From Schmidtea polychroa (lineage: Eukaryota), in NCBI GenBank assembly GCA_044892525.1, contig CM097885.1, forward strand, positions 15,316,001-15,380,000: a stretch of DNA of 64,000 bases. The letters run 5' to 3'. Below the pieces are notes generated by a model. That model was given only the letters and a program-made list of their open reading frames with translations. It was not told where the DNA came from and made no database searches. Position numbers and translations under genes: made by a program. Below, in pieces: positions 1 through 34,900 of this stretch (positions within the stretch are counted from its first letter, which is position 1; each line of letters opens with the position of its first letter).

Positions 1-21783
<21,783 letters not shown>

Positions 21784-22223
21784 CATGTTCTGCATAATTC
21801 GTATTTTTTTCTAAAATGATTTAGAATATCTATTAACTTTAGCTTATTAAATAAATGTTTATATTTTTTATTATATTTCTATTATTTATTTATTAATTTT
21901 ACACGCGGATTTCCACGGAAAGATGAAATAATATAATTAATTATATGTGAAATTAATACTGAGAGCTTCACATCAATTTACAAATTTTATAAAGATTGAT
22001 AATACAGTGTCGAGCAAAGGTTTTTACTAGTGATACTTAAAATCAGATATTTATTAATATATATTTATGTATGTTTCGTACGAAGACCAATCTTCTCAAG
22101 AATGTTAAATGTTAAAATGTTAAAAGCATTGAAGTATAACTTCGCTAATTTTAAGCGAGCAAAAGTTTTTGCTTGAAATCGAAAAGTTTAAAATGGTTGC
22201 GACTTCTCATTAACTTTATTACA

Positions 22224-22777
22224 CTAGTTGGGGTATCAGGCGTTGCACGATTTAAAAAATAGTTAACAGATTCAAAATAAAGAAATTTATTTTTCAATTC
22301 ATACATTTAAAAAAAAATAATTTAAAAAATACATAAAAATTTAATTTTAAAAAAGTACATGTAATTTATATATCACTTATAATAAAGCTTGTCGATAGAC
22401 TGTATTTTTGGTTTGTCGAAAATCTCCAGCTAATACCACAACTGTTCCTCCCATTAGTTTTGTATTTCCTTTTCAAATCCTGAAGATTTGAAGCAGTTGT
22501 ACACTAATCCTATTCTATAAACCTAACATGATCTACTACTTTTATTTGTCACATTGTTGCCAATTTCACCTTCTTGGGGTATCTACTGTAATAAATCAAG
22601 GTGACCCTGAGTAGGGTTAGGGTACCCTATGGGTGGTCACCTGGGGTTGAAACATATCCTATGACCTGTTCCGAGTCAAATGAGGGCCACGTGCAAAATT
22701 TCAGCACTCTAGGTCCAACGGTAGGGAATTCTATGGGTAACAAACAAAAAAACGTTCATCTTTATATATTATATAGA
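22224..22777 (-). mobile_element. Non-autonomous Helitron inserted in the Tc1, retaining a RepHel helicase fragment
   Basis: Same termini as 13407-13672; the internal extra sequence encodes NTKLMGGTVVVLAGDFRQT (Pif1-type motif). Confidence 0.8.
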
Positions 22778-22780
22778 TAA

Positions 22781-23758
22781 TTAATATTTAGAATGCATTC
22801 CACAATGTTTAATAATGTCATTTAGTCTCTTTGGAATTGATCTGTATAGATCAAATATCATTTGGTCCAGTATTAGGTTCCATTCTGTTAAGATACTGTC
22901 CCATAATTCGATAGATGTTTTCTGAATTCTTTTATATACTTTGTCCTTCATGATCGACCATAAATTTTCTATTATGTTTATGTCAGGTGATTTTGGGGGC
23001 CAATCACTTATGGCGCAAATATCTTTCCTAACCAGAAATTCTGTAGTAGACTTCGAACGATGGCATGAAGCACCGTCTTGCATAAAAATAATTTCCGGAG
23101 AATCAAGGTCTCGAAGGCCTATTTCAATAACAGTTTGATTAGCAGCAGAATTTAGTCTTCTTGGACATTTTATCAACATTCGTTTTTCATTCCCTTAAAT
23201 TGCTCCCCACTCTAATATTGAAATATCTCCTTGTCGCACTGTTTTACACGTAAATTTGTTCTTAAACGACTATTTATAGGTTTTAGAACATAATGACGCC
23301 GAGTGGTATATAAGTCAAAAAGTACCTCATCAGTAAACATTACATTATTCCAAAATTCTTGAATTTTTGATTTATAGGATTTGCACCTAGTTATTCGTTT
23401 CCGCATTTGAATCTTATTTAAAAGCGGTTTTTAGCTCCTAATATTCCATATAAGACACTTTTTCTTAAAATTCACCGAACTGTCCAAATTGACAGTTTCT
23501 CGTTCGTTTTTACCTCTCGAGATATTTCTCTTACAGTGTCATAGGGATTTCTTTTTGAATGTATTAAAATTGATATTCTTTCACCGTAGATTTCAATGGG
23601 CGTCACTTTGCTGTTGATTTTTAACTGATTCACGTTGTAAATACTTCCGCCATATGTAACTTATAGCTGTAACAAAGCATTTTAGACACCTTCATTTGTG
23701 TTTTGCCTTTCAATAACTTATCTACTATTAATTCCTTAATTTCAAAAATTTTTGGCAT
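22781..23758 (-). pseudogene. Tc1 transposase pseudogene (35 residues counted between the second D and the E)
   Basis: ATG at 23758 (MPKIFEIK), VMFTDE, FMQDGASCH, WPPKSPDINIIENLW; frameshifts. Confidence 0.85.
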
Positions 23759-25149
23759 TTCTAAAGGATATATATTAAAGGGTTATTAAATAAATATAAA
23801 AAATGAATTATCAATCAAAAATATGTGAAAACATGATATAGAAAAAATTTCTAGCAAAATATTTTGCTCTCTTAAAATTAAACAAATGCAATTTTTAAAA
23901 ATTTTACTTTACTATTATATTACATTTTTAACATTTAACAGTCTTAAGAAGACGTAAATACATATTAATGAATATCTGATTTTATGTATCACTAGCAAAA
24001 ACCTTTGCTCGTCATTGTATTAAAAATCATTAAAAATCGATGTAAAATGAAATTAATATATTGATAGTTTTATTCTCAAAGATATTCGATTATTTGTGAT
24101 TTAAAACATATATAGAGAATTCTGCCTTTTCCTCTCTAAAAATAGTTTAGCAGAATGTGATATCTAGACTTATGATGGAGTTTCTACTATAACTCCAACT
24201 TTAGAAACATCTATTTGAACTTAAATAAACAACTTACTGTGACCGTTAGGATTTAAAATTTTAGTGTCCGCAGATGCTATAGAAGGTTTTACATCTTTGT
24301 CATTTTCAAATTTAGGTTCAATGTCTAGAGTAATGTACAGGTAACCTTCGTATAACATGGTAGTTAGATTCCACTGAAGTTCTGCGTTATGTGAGACTTA
24401 GGTGAAATAAAGAATAGGATAACGTTCCTAAATTGAAATTACCAGAAATTAAACTGCTCAGCTTTAGATTAACACTTTCCTGGCTAATGATGCCATATGG
24501 AATCATGATATATTTCATACAGATATAGACATCTATGGACTGGTAGGTATTATATTGTTATTTATGATCGATAAGGAAGATCTATACTTTTAATGTAAAA
24601 TCATTTAATCCCGCCTTTTACCAAATATTTTATTGTTTTTGTCATTTGAAAGAAGCAACAAGTGATTTTCGGACGCCATTTTCAACTCTTAATTCAGCCA
24701 GGAAAGGGTTAACACAGTTATGATTTTCAATTGACTTTCCAAACTGAAAACGGGCACAAATTTTAAATATAAACATAGATTCACTATAGACTTAGACAAC
24801 TAAGATTGGATTTTTTAAATATATCTTTAGAGATTGCTATAGATACATAGTTATTACTAATGTTCGGATTCGAGATGAGTTTAGAACAACTCCAACCATT
24901 ATTAGATAAAATTTATATTTCATAGTATTGTCATAATCAATTCAGCTATTTTTAAAATTAATATATTTTTACAATATAATCAGTAAAGGATAAAGAAAAA
25001 TAAATTAAATAAGGTATTTATACAAAAACATGATTGACTAATGCCAGTGAAATATTTCGAACAATGTGTTCAAAATAGTTGTTCAAATCTTCAGAAGTTC
25101 AAGTTTCAAGCGCCATATTCATCCACTCAACAAGACTTTGAGTATTATT

Positions 25150-27093
25150 AGTAGATGGTTAGGAGCCCGCTAACTCACATACCCGCCGGGGTTTTTCTCA
25201 GAAATTTAATAAATTTTTACAATTTTCAAGGTATCTACATAAATATTTTCAGAGTTTTTATGTAGGTCAACTCAAAATACTTAGAAATTTTTTCAAAATA
25301 TGTAGGTCAAATATATCTGGGGTAGAAAAACTGACTTTATGCGTGCAATAAATAAGGGAGCATTCAACAACTTTTAGGAATCGAAAATTTTTATAATATA
25401 TTTTCATTAATTAGTCTAACTCAAAGTAGGTCAAATATATATATCGGGGGTAGAAAAAACTGACTTTATGCGTGCATGTGTGTAATGAACAATAATTAAG
25501 GGATCATTCAACAGCTTTTAGGAATCGAAAATTTTTAAAAGTAATGGATAACTCATTTTAAATAACGCGCGCGGTGATTATTATTATTATATATACTCCG
25601 AGTTTATCCGACAAGATATTTTGACCCCCTAAGGGTATTGCTAGCAAGGGTACTGCTCACACTCAACATGTCGCAAATTATTATTATTATTATTATTAAT
25701 TATTATTATATATACTCCGAGTTTATCCGACAAGATATTTTGACCCCCAAAGGGTATTGCTAGCAAGGGTACTGCTCACACTCAACATGTCGCAAATTAT
25801 TATTATAATAATTATTATTATTATTATCCAGTACTAACAAGCAGATATTTTTTGAAGGAACAAATTAATATATTTAAAAACAATAAGATTATTAAGTTGA
25901 AAACTTTGAAATTTTTATAAAAATATGTAGGTCAAGTAAAAATAAGTAGGTCAACTCAAAATACTTAGAAATAATTTTTGAAAAAGTAGGTCAAATCAAA
26001 AACTTTTGAAATTTTTTAGAAATAAGTAGGTCACATACACACATACACACCAATTAATTCTAAAGATTTCAAATATTTCATTGTCAAAACCAAGTAAATA
26101 AACACCTAATTGATCATTAACTCTAAACGACTTAATAAAACCATGGATAATTAATAGAAAATTAATAAAAACTGGTTCTAAAGTAAAACTTAAATCTAAA
26201 TTACTGTGCAATTAGACTCAGTACAACCTAATAAACCTAAAACGATATAATTTCACAGGAACTATTATTGACTCATAGCTAAATACTGACTATTTCCCTT
26301 GAAACATTGATATATTACCAATAAGAAAATTGTCGATTTAAATAGAGATATTCAAAACATTTCTACCTTAACCGATCCTTCACCAAATATTTCTACCCCT
26401 TTAAACATCCAACCGACTATATTCCTTAAAAATCATATATTCCCATCTTAACCGAACCCTCACTAAATCCAACCGGCTATATCCCTTTATTTCACCCACT
26501 TGAGCCCTTTAATATATCAATTCTCTTAAAATCCATAGAAAATTCTTCAAAATATGAATTTTATTTAATTGTTACAGATACCAAACATTTTTCCATTGAA
26601 ATAATTTAGTAGCTAAATTCATCTAGTAAGAGCCCACTAGAAGATCAAAATTCACTAAAATCAATATTTTCTACAAATATTTCACCACATTTACCATAAA
26701 ATATCTAACTAGTGATGAAATATATTGATTGATCATAATTTTTCATCGATTCAGCCAATTATAGCAATTATCTTTCAAATTAAATCACAAATTTCAAGAT
26801 ATTTTCAAGTAGATTTCAAATAAAATTCATGATAAAATTAGCTGGTTTCAACTTTAGATTTTCAATATTTAAAAGTTCATCAATGTGTAAATGGAAATAT
26901 TCTTAGAAAATATATGAAAAAATTATTTAGTCAAATTATTAATTATTATTTTTATTATTTAGTCTTTAAAAATTATAAAAAATTATAAAAAATTATGAAA
27001 AATTAAAAATTTTTGAGTTGACCTACTTTTTTCAAAAAAAATTTTTTTTTCCCCGGGGGGGTATGTGAGTTAGCGGGCTCCTAACCATCTACT
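25150..27093. mobile_element. 1.9-kb non-autonomous element with Polinton-type termini
   Basis: TIR AGTAGATGGTTAGGAGCCCGCTAACTCACATACCC; 6-bp TSD ATTATT (25144-25149 and 27094-27099). Confidence 0.75.
25580..25825. repeat. ~119-bp tandem duplication bounded by (TTA)n
   Basis: TATACTCCGAGTTTATCCGACAAG...CATGTCGCAAATTA occurs twice. Confidence 0.9.
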
Positions 27094-27814
27094 ATTATTA
27101 TACTGATTATGGGGAAGTCTGCCTTTGACAAAAAACTTGATTTTAGAGAAGGCTTGCTCGACTGGATTGAGTTTATATGAGTAAGTTGATAAGAAATTCA
27201 AAGAGCATCTTTCTGAATTCACAAACAGGTTCCTCACATCAACAGTTTTATGTATTGTGGCGTTATTCAAAATAACCCAAGATCCATACAAAGATTGATC
27301 ATTATCAATGCAAATTAATAATTCTAACAAGCAAACATTATGGAATTGAAAGTAGAATCACTAATTACCTTAGAATGGATTTCTTCTGCTATTACAAGAA
27401 ACTATCATAGTGATATTTCTTCCCCTTATCATTGGAACTGTAAATATAGCTCTCATTCCCTTTTTTGAGTTTTCAAATGATCTTCTTAGATGAAGCTTAA
27501 AGCTTGATTCGTTAATAAATATTTGTTTTAATGTTTCAATGTATAATTAGTGGCATAAACTCTTCGCTTTTTTAAGGTTTCGATAGAGTTTACTCGATCG
27601 TTGATCCTTGAAAGGGATTTACGCGTAATCTGCATTTGGCAAATTGTATTGTGTACTGTTGATGCTGCAACTCTTACTCCAAATTTCTCAGGGAATTTTA
27701 TTTGGCTATCTTTCAGTATTATTGTTGTACATTGAGATATCAGACTTTCAATGCACAACAAACCTTGAACATTGATTTTGTTAGCAAACATTTCTTTCCT
27801 TGCAGGCTCGATTC

Positions 27815-28366
27815 TTAGAAATAACTATTTAGGACGGTGCAGCCAGCAGATACTTCGGGGCTCATTACAATTGCATCTTTAATTTTCTCTGAATACATAC
27901 GTCTTGTTATAATATCCTTAACAATCATGTCTTCCGTTTGATTTGAGGAAAGAACTTCGGACACTAAGTTCCTCACACTGATTACAAAATTTTCAAACCT
28001 TTCGTTCGATCTCTGCTTTATCAGACTCATGTATTCGATATTTTGCAAAAACCTTTGGATTTTACATATTTTAAAATAAACCAACATTTTACCTCTTGAT
28101 CTGAGGTCGGAGTCTTTTGTGTTTCCTTATAAAGTCTTTTCCATAACTCTCGTACGTCTTCATGCAATAACAAATCAGACGATGCTCCTAAATTGAACGA
28201 AATTATATTCACAAATTCTTTGATAGATACAAGCCAGTCCTTTGCATGTTCTTCTTTTCCTCCAAAATACTTATTTATCACTTAAAAAATTAAATCTTGA
28301 ATATTCTTTGGCAATTTCTGCCTTTGCTCTGATCTCGTCAGAGCTGCAATTTCCTTGTGGTCGCCA
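27815..28366 (-). pseudogene. LTR-retrotransposon gag-like fragment with PBS
   Basis: TGGCGACCA (PBS-like) at 28366-28358 on the minus strand; YFGGKEEHAKDWL and KQRSNERFENFV..VRNL gag-like motifs in two frames. Confidence 0.55.
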
Positions 28367-28494
28367 GTAACATTTCCATTAATATTCATTAAATCTAACA
28401 TTCTATTTCCAAAAATATATTTAATATCAAATCCGAATATTTGAACAAAATAACAGTCTAAATATCGTCACTTTTAATTCAATAAGTATTTTAA

Positions 28495-30376
28495 CACTAG
28501 GACGGCCGGAAATATTTTATACCTTGGAAGGCCAAACCGGTCAATTTGACCGGTGCACATATGCTCCTTATTTTCATGCTGAGATTTCTATGATGCAACT
28601 CATTTAGCAATACTTTCTTTGTGCTACTAACACGCTTTAAAAATTTAACTATTTTTATTCTAACAGTAGTTAATTTATTAAACTACTTACAACAATGAAA
28701 TAAAAATTTTTGTTTAGCTGACACAAAGCTACACTATTTTAAACATTGTCTTTGCGTTTATTCAGACTGGTATGTATGTATACTTCATTTCTTGTTTATA
28801 AATATTCTCTTGCTTTTATTCAAAGATAGTGCTTATTAAAAGTGTAATTAAGCAAGCATTAAAAGTTCTAAGTTTTGAAATTTGGTAAATTAAAAGAATC
28901 AAACGAAAAACTTAACGAAATGTCATAAGACAATATCTAATAATTGTTATAGAAAATCTTTGAACTTCTTGGGATAACAAACATTATAAAACCGTGTTTT
29001 CATTAAAATCCAATAATAAATTTGACGTTTCTTATTTTACTGACGGAGTTTTTATCATTATTTTAGAATCAAATATGCCAACTAAAAGAATTGCTACTCA
29101 ACGTGCTTTACAGAAGCTATGGAATATTGACGCTGCTCTCTCCGAAGATGAAGATCAGCCTATGGGAAGTGATGATGAGCCCGAAAGAAATGATTCTGAC
29201 GAAGAGTTACATGAATGGAACTCTGATGATAATGGAAGTTCGTTAGAAAGTGACAATGAGTCAGTCAATAGCTCAATTTCTTCATTAGAAAATCAGCTTT
29301 TATCTAGCAGGGATGGCACTCTTTGGAATCGAGTAGAAAACAATCACGCTATTAGTGTTGGCAGATTCCCTGCGCACAATATTTTTAGTGGAACACCTGA
29401 TGTGAAAGCTTTTGCAAAGCGCAAAATTGACTCACCCCTGAGCGCTTGGCGCTTGATAGTCTCTGAGGGAATGCTGAAGTTAATTCAAAAATACACAATT
29501 ATGAAAGGAAAAGAAGCTTCGTCAGACTGGTGTATCAGTCTACAAGAATTAGATGCTTTTCTTGGATTGCTGTATCTCCGTGGTGTGTTAGGCTTTCGCC
29601 GACATTCTATCAATTCAATCTGGTCATCTCAATTTGGATCTCCTTACTTCAGAGAAGTCATGTCTCGGAACCGTTTCCGTGAGATACTGCGCTTTCTTCG
29701 TTTTGATGAACAATGTTCTCGACGTCAAAGAGTAGAACAAGATAAATATGCCCATTTTCGTGAAATATTTGACTTGTTTGTTTCAAACTGTCTTCAAGTT
29801 TATACTCCTGAGCTCTCAACGCTCATGTTATTTTCAAAGATGCTACGGGATCAACTATAAAAAGAAGGGATTTTATTTTTGAATTAGCTACATCTCTTTG
29901 TGAGGAGTTCAAAAGCCGTCGAGAGCAAGTCCCATCTCTGGTGAACTCTGTTCTGAACAACCTAAATTAAAGAAGCGAAAAACTTGTTCTGCTCCTCATT
30001 GTGATAACAAATCCGGAGCTATATGCCATGTATGTAGTAAAGTTTACTGTGGAAAACATTCCCAAATGACTGTTAAATGCTTCGGTTGTGTGTAAATTAT
30101 ATTTGGTTTTATATTTTCTAGTATGTAAGATGATTATGTGTGACTTTCTTGTGTTTTTCAAGATACCGGTCAAATTGACCGGTTCGGCCTTCCATGGGGA
30201 TGGCCTCATTATCTCAGTCGTGACAAATGCTATAATTGAAGCTTTGATATGCACAACAAGTTCACTAAAAATGAATAATTGTCACAAAATATGAGACGTT
30301 AATTCCTTTTCGTTTTCTCACAAAATAAAAATGAAATTGCTTAACGGTCAAAATGACCGCTCTGGCCGTCCTAGTG
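28495..30376 (+). mobile_element. Internally deleted piggyBac transposon
   Basis: TTAA TSD; TIR CACTAGGACGGCC; subterminal ACCGGTCAATTTGACCGGT inverted repeats. Confidence 0.92.
29074..30096 (+). pseudogene. piggyBac (PGBD-like) transposase lacking the DDD catalytic core
   Basis: Acidic N-terminus, MSRNRFREILRFLRFD, then a break after YTP (~29810) joined to the C-terminal LNAH..RRDFIFELA and Cys-rich CHVCSKVYCGKH. Confidence 0.85.
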
Positions 30377-30892
30377 TTAAACACAAGACTTCATCTTTTC
30401 ATATCTCACTATATATAGATAGATAAGACCAGTGAAAAATTGTGAATTTCAATTGCTTTTATCAAGACTTCAATATAACATTCAAGACATAACAAAAAAC
30501 TATAGCACGCATTTTTAGAAAAGAACTTGAAATTGATTTTGATATCAAATATTTTAGCAAGTTCTAGTAAAGGTTGTATAATTCTTCATTTATTTTATAA
30601 ATTTTGATTTTTTAATGAAAATTCTATACCACAAGACTTAGTTTTGTATTTAAACAAGAATACCAGTGCATATTGAGATCCTGGTTAATTTAGGGACCTC
30701 GACATTTGTTTTAAATAAAAATCTTTCTATAAGACCCTATTTCTGAAGAAAATTTATTTATGTTATTGGAATTTATTAATAAATAAAACTTTTTGTTTTG
30801 TGTCTTATTAGTTTGGTATAAAAAGTACTTGGAGTTAACTTTATCTGCAGACAATTCAATAATAATCCACCGGTAATTTGGGTTGACAATGA

Positions 30893-31930
30893 TGTTGGGC
30901 TAGAACCGAGAATCGAGAGCTTGTTTTAATGAATCAAAAATACATAACATAAAAATCGCACCAAGTTAAATCAAAACACCAATCAATACAAATTAAAGTA
31001 CATAACACATTGATGATAAATAAGACCCGGGTGATAAAATAAAGGAACGAAAATAAAGGTCGCAATCACTAACACAATTAGGAGAAACATCGCATTCGGA
31101 ATATCTAACAACTAAAAATTAAAATAATAATAAATAAAATAATGGGTAATGAATTAATTAATAATATGGGAAATTTCTAAATAAATAAATTTAAAATTTA
31201 AAATAAATTATCTAGTAAACTGGAGAAATAATAAAAAATGTAGAATGAAAGTAGTAAAATTAGATAAACCATAAAATTTATAAAACTAAAACTAAAAATA
31301 AAACCAACAAAATTATTTAAATTATACAACTTATAAAACCAAATTGTTTAAATTAATGAAACTAAAGTAAAATTAACTGAACTTATTTAAATTACAAAAC
31401 TTGTAAAAATAAATTAAAATTAGCAAAAAACTATTTTGATTATAGAATTTATAAAAATAAATCTTAAAAGTTAATAAAAATTAGAATTGTGATTAACTTA
31501 AATTAATTAAATTAAAAAAAACAATAATTGCACACATGCATGCATGCATGCAAAAATTAACCAGAATTGCCTCGCATTCTAATTGGATATAGTAGCAGAG
31601 AATGCGTAGGCGTACAATTCAATCAGTATAAATATGGATTGAAATTTCAGTTGTTCAACTTGTTAAATTAGTTTTCAGTTTTACACAACAAATCGTTTGT
31701 CAGGTAACGAACATATGCTCTCAATTTTCGATTTTATGCCCTTGTGGATTGGACTGGTAATTTTATTTTAATATGAAATTTTAGGTAATGTTTTAAGTTA
31801 AATAAATTTTATATTCAATTTAGTTTAGTTTTTTTTTCATTATTGTTTAATTTCATTTAGTTTCAAGTTTGAAATAATAGTTTTTATTGAGTTCAATTAT
31901 ATTATTTGTTGATTGTGAACGATAGTAACG
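30893..31930 (+). mobile_element. LTR-like repeat (TGTTGGGCTAGAAC family)
   Basis: Shares its start with 33786 and 56509; TATAAAT at ~31627 followed by TCAGTT; then TGG and a GC-richer leader. Confidence 0.5.
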
Positions 31931-34900
31931 TGGAGTTGAGGAACTTCATGTCATGGCATGAGGTGCCTTCGGGAGCTCAGCCGGTGGACATGAGGTTCTT
32001 CAATCACGCAGCTGGATTGGGCCGAAATGTGGGGGCTTCCTCACGGGTCCTATCGCTGGAAGTACTTTGGCCAAACATAGGTTAGGACTGAGAATACAGG
32101 CAGATCCCTGCTCAAATTTTTTTTGAAGTACAATTTAAATATTATGGGAAGCGCGGATTAACTTGGAAATAAGGGCCAATCCCTGCTCAAATTTTTCAAA
32201 GGATAATTTAGATATTGTAGGAAGTGTAGAGCAATAATTATTAATAGAAAAATAAGGGCGCATCCCTGCACAAAATTTTGAAAGGAAACAATAGAAAACA
32301 ACTAGAAATGAAGACCATAACCGAATGAGATAGAAAAGTAAAAATAGAAAATGATCAATGACGTAAGACCTTCTATCGGCCGTCTAGAACCCGAAGAGAA
32401 AATACAATGGGGAGTAGTTTTAGCAATAGAGCTCACCTGCTCATTGTTTTTTCGCCTTTGTGTACAGTACCAACATGGTCGTCGCCATGGGTACACAAAT
32501 GGTTAAATTGCAATAGTCATGGAGGTGCTTAGGAAAGAGTCGAGTGAATATATATGATTACCCCTAATGCATTTAAAAATTTAAAATGACACCCCTAAGT
32601 AACCAACAATGATTAGACCCCGCGCTTTCAAATTTCTAACAGCTCTGCTCAGGCCTTTACTTTAATTTCAATCTCCCAACTTTAGTTCCGATTTACGAAA
32701 TTTCCTTGAACAATCTCTGAAAAATATCGCTGAAAAATATCAGCTGTTTCGATTTGAGTTTGTTCAAACAGCAATTCTAGATTTTGTCTGACAGATGCAT
32801 AAATGATTTGAACTTTTTATACTTTAGATTGAAATTTGAAAGGCTCAGATGTCGTCTTGGTTTACTGAACAAATTACTTAACTTTAAAGTATACTGTTTC
32901 GGTTATTGTATGCCTCCTGGTCAAGTTGTTTGCCAGATATATATTACATATTTCAAATTATATTTATAGTATTTACAGAGTTTTTGGGTCAATTTTGTAA
33001 TTTTAAACCTCAATTTCGTAATTTTAGAACTCAATTCGTACATTTATTTAATTTACCCATATAATTAAATTTTTATAAGGTCATTGCCGTATATTGAAAA
33101 ATCAATTTCTTATTTTAGAAAGTTAATTTCGTAATAAATTTATTATTTTGTTTCTCTATGTTACGAGACCCTTAATGATTATGGAATCGAATCAAGACTT
33201 AGCCAAGACACTAATTTCAATTTTTAAAGCGATTCCGAACAATCCAATCTGCAAATCAAACGACAAATGAAATAATACAAGTAGTGGAAGACATGTCTAT
33301 GCAATCGCAAGCCCCAAGAATCAGGAGGCAATCTTAAAATAGAATCTACCCAAGCCGTAGATATCGTATCATTCAAGCATATAATAATGGTCAATCAGTA
33401 TCTTCATTATCAGCGCAGTACTATTCATAGTATAATTGATACTTTTAAAAAAACTGGAAGGTCTTCTGTTATTCCAAGAGGTGGATTGATGCACAGTAAA
33501 ATAAATGAGGAGGAAAGGGAATAAGTGTCTAAAAGATTTGCACTATTCATTGAAGCTTATTAAGATAATATATCAAAGAAATTATGTTGATGTCATCAAA
33601 ACCAGAAGAATTTATTCTGAAAACTTTTATAAACTCGTGGAAAGATTTACACCAAATAAAATTATTTTTCTCGAATAGGTAGGCTTCAACGTAAGTTTCA
33701 GAGTTAAACACGCGAGCGACCCTGTGGGAGAGACTACCACAACAGTAGTTAGAAATATTAGGTCGAGGAATATTTCAGTATGTTGTGTTGGGCTAGAACT
33801 GATTTCTAGGCCCAAACTATAATTTGTGACTGGAATGCGTAGGTACATAGCACGCAAAAAGTACAGTTAAATATAAAAATACACCAAGTAAACAATATTA
33901 ATTAAAAGAGAAAACAACAAAAATATAAACCCAGAAATTAAATAAAATAATACGAATGCAAGATGTTGTGTAAGAATCTAACTCAAAAATAGCAAAGAAA
34001 CATAGAATTACAAAAAACAGACTCGAATAGCTTAGAAAGATGGTAAAACATCGAAAAATTCTAGAAAATCCCAGAACATTTCATAAGAATGGCGATAACC
34101 ATCATGAAAGCCACATAAAACAATAAAAGTCATCAAAATAAATGAATTAGTAATAAAAATAAAAATTCTTAAAAAGAAATTCAGAAAACATCCATTAGAA
34201 TAAAAATTAAATTAAAAGTAATATGGAATGTTCTGGAACCGTTCCAAATCCATCATGGAGGTAAAATTAGCAAGAAATAATTAGAAAAAAAACATATAAA
34301 AATAAAAATTATGGCGCAAAAATCGCCATTAAAAATGTCAAAAATAGAAAATTCTAGAATAAAAAGAATTCGAGTTTGTTTTAATGCATCAATACATACA
34401 CGTGTACTTGCACACACAAAAGTAGATATATATACCGACGCATTTTGGTTACAAGTTAATCTTTATGCCAAAATATTTTTTTGCTCTATTAGAAAACTTT
34501 CGAGAACCTATTAAAGTAAGAAAGATTGTTATATTTTGTGCATAATTATATGTTAAATGTATTTCCTTTTCCTTTTTTTTAACTAATACAAGATGGATCA
34601 ACATTGAACGAACTCGTTATCGATTTTGATCCGTCTTGCATCAAAAATTCTCATTTATAAGTTTAACGTCATTGAGCAAGCAGCCTTGACGTCTGCAGGC
34701 CACTGCCTGGCAAGCACCTCTATATTATAAATGGTGGGATCGTCGGAGGTCGTACCGACTCAGTGGTATAGGCCACTGGGTTCGTCGATGAATTACCTCT
34801 GGGCGATGGAGTTCTTCGAACTCGTTATCGTTATTATAGTACGGTAGTATATTACCGAGTACATTCACATTAGGGTTTGTCGTAGGGAGCACAGTGAGGC

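Larger units (their letters stand above)
22005..24017 (-). mobile_element. Tc1-family transposon with ~200-bp TIRs and TA TSD
   Basis: TA-CAGTGTCGAGCAAAGGTTTTT ... AAAAACCTTTGCTCGTCATTG-TA. Confidence 0.9.
25020..27800 (-). pseudogene. IS630/Tc1-like transposase pseudogene interrupted by the element at 25150-27093
   Basis: IFINESSF, VILNNATIHK, YSYKLNPVEQAFSKIK; the frame continues across the insertion as HNQYNN|TQSLVEWMNMALE. Confidence 0.75.
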
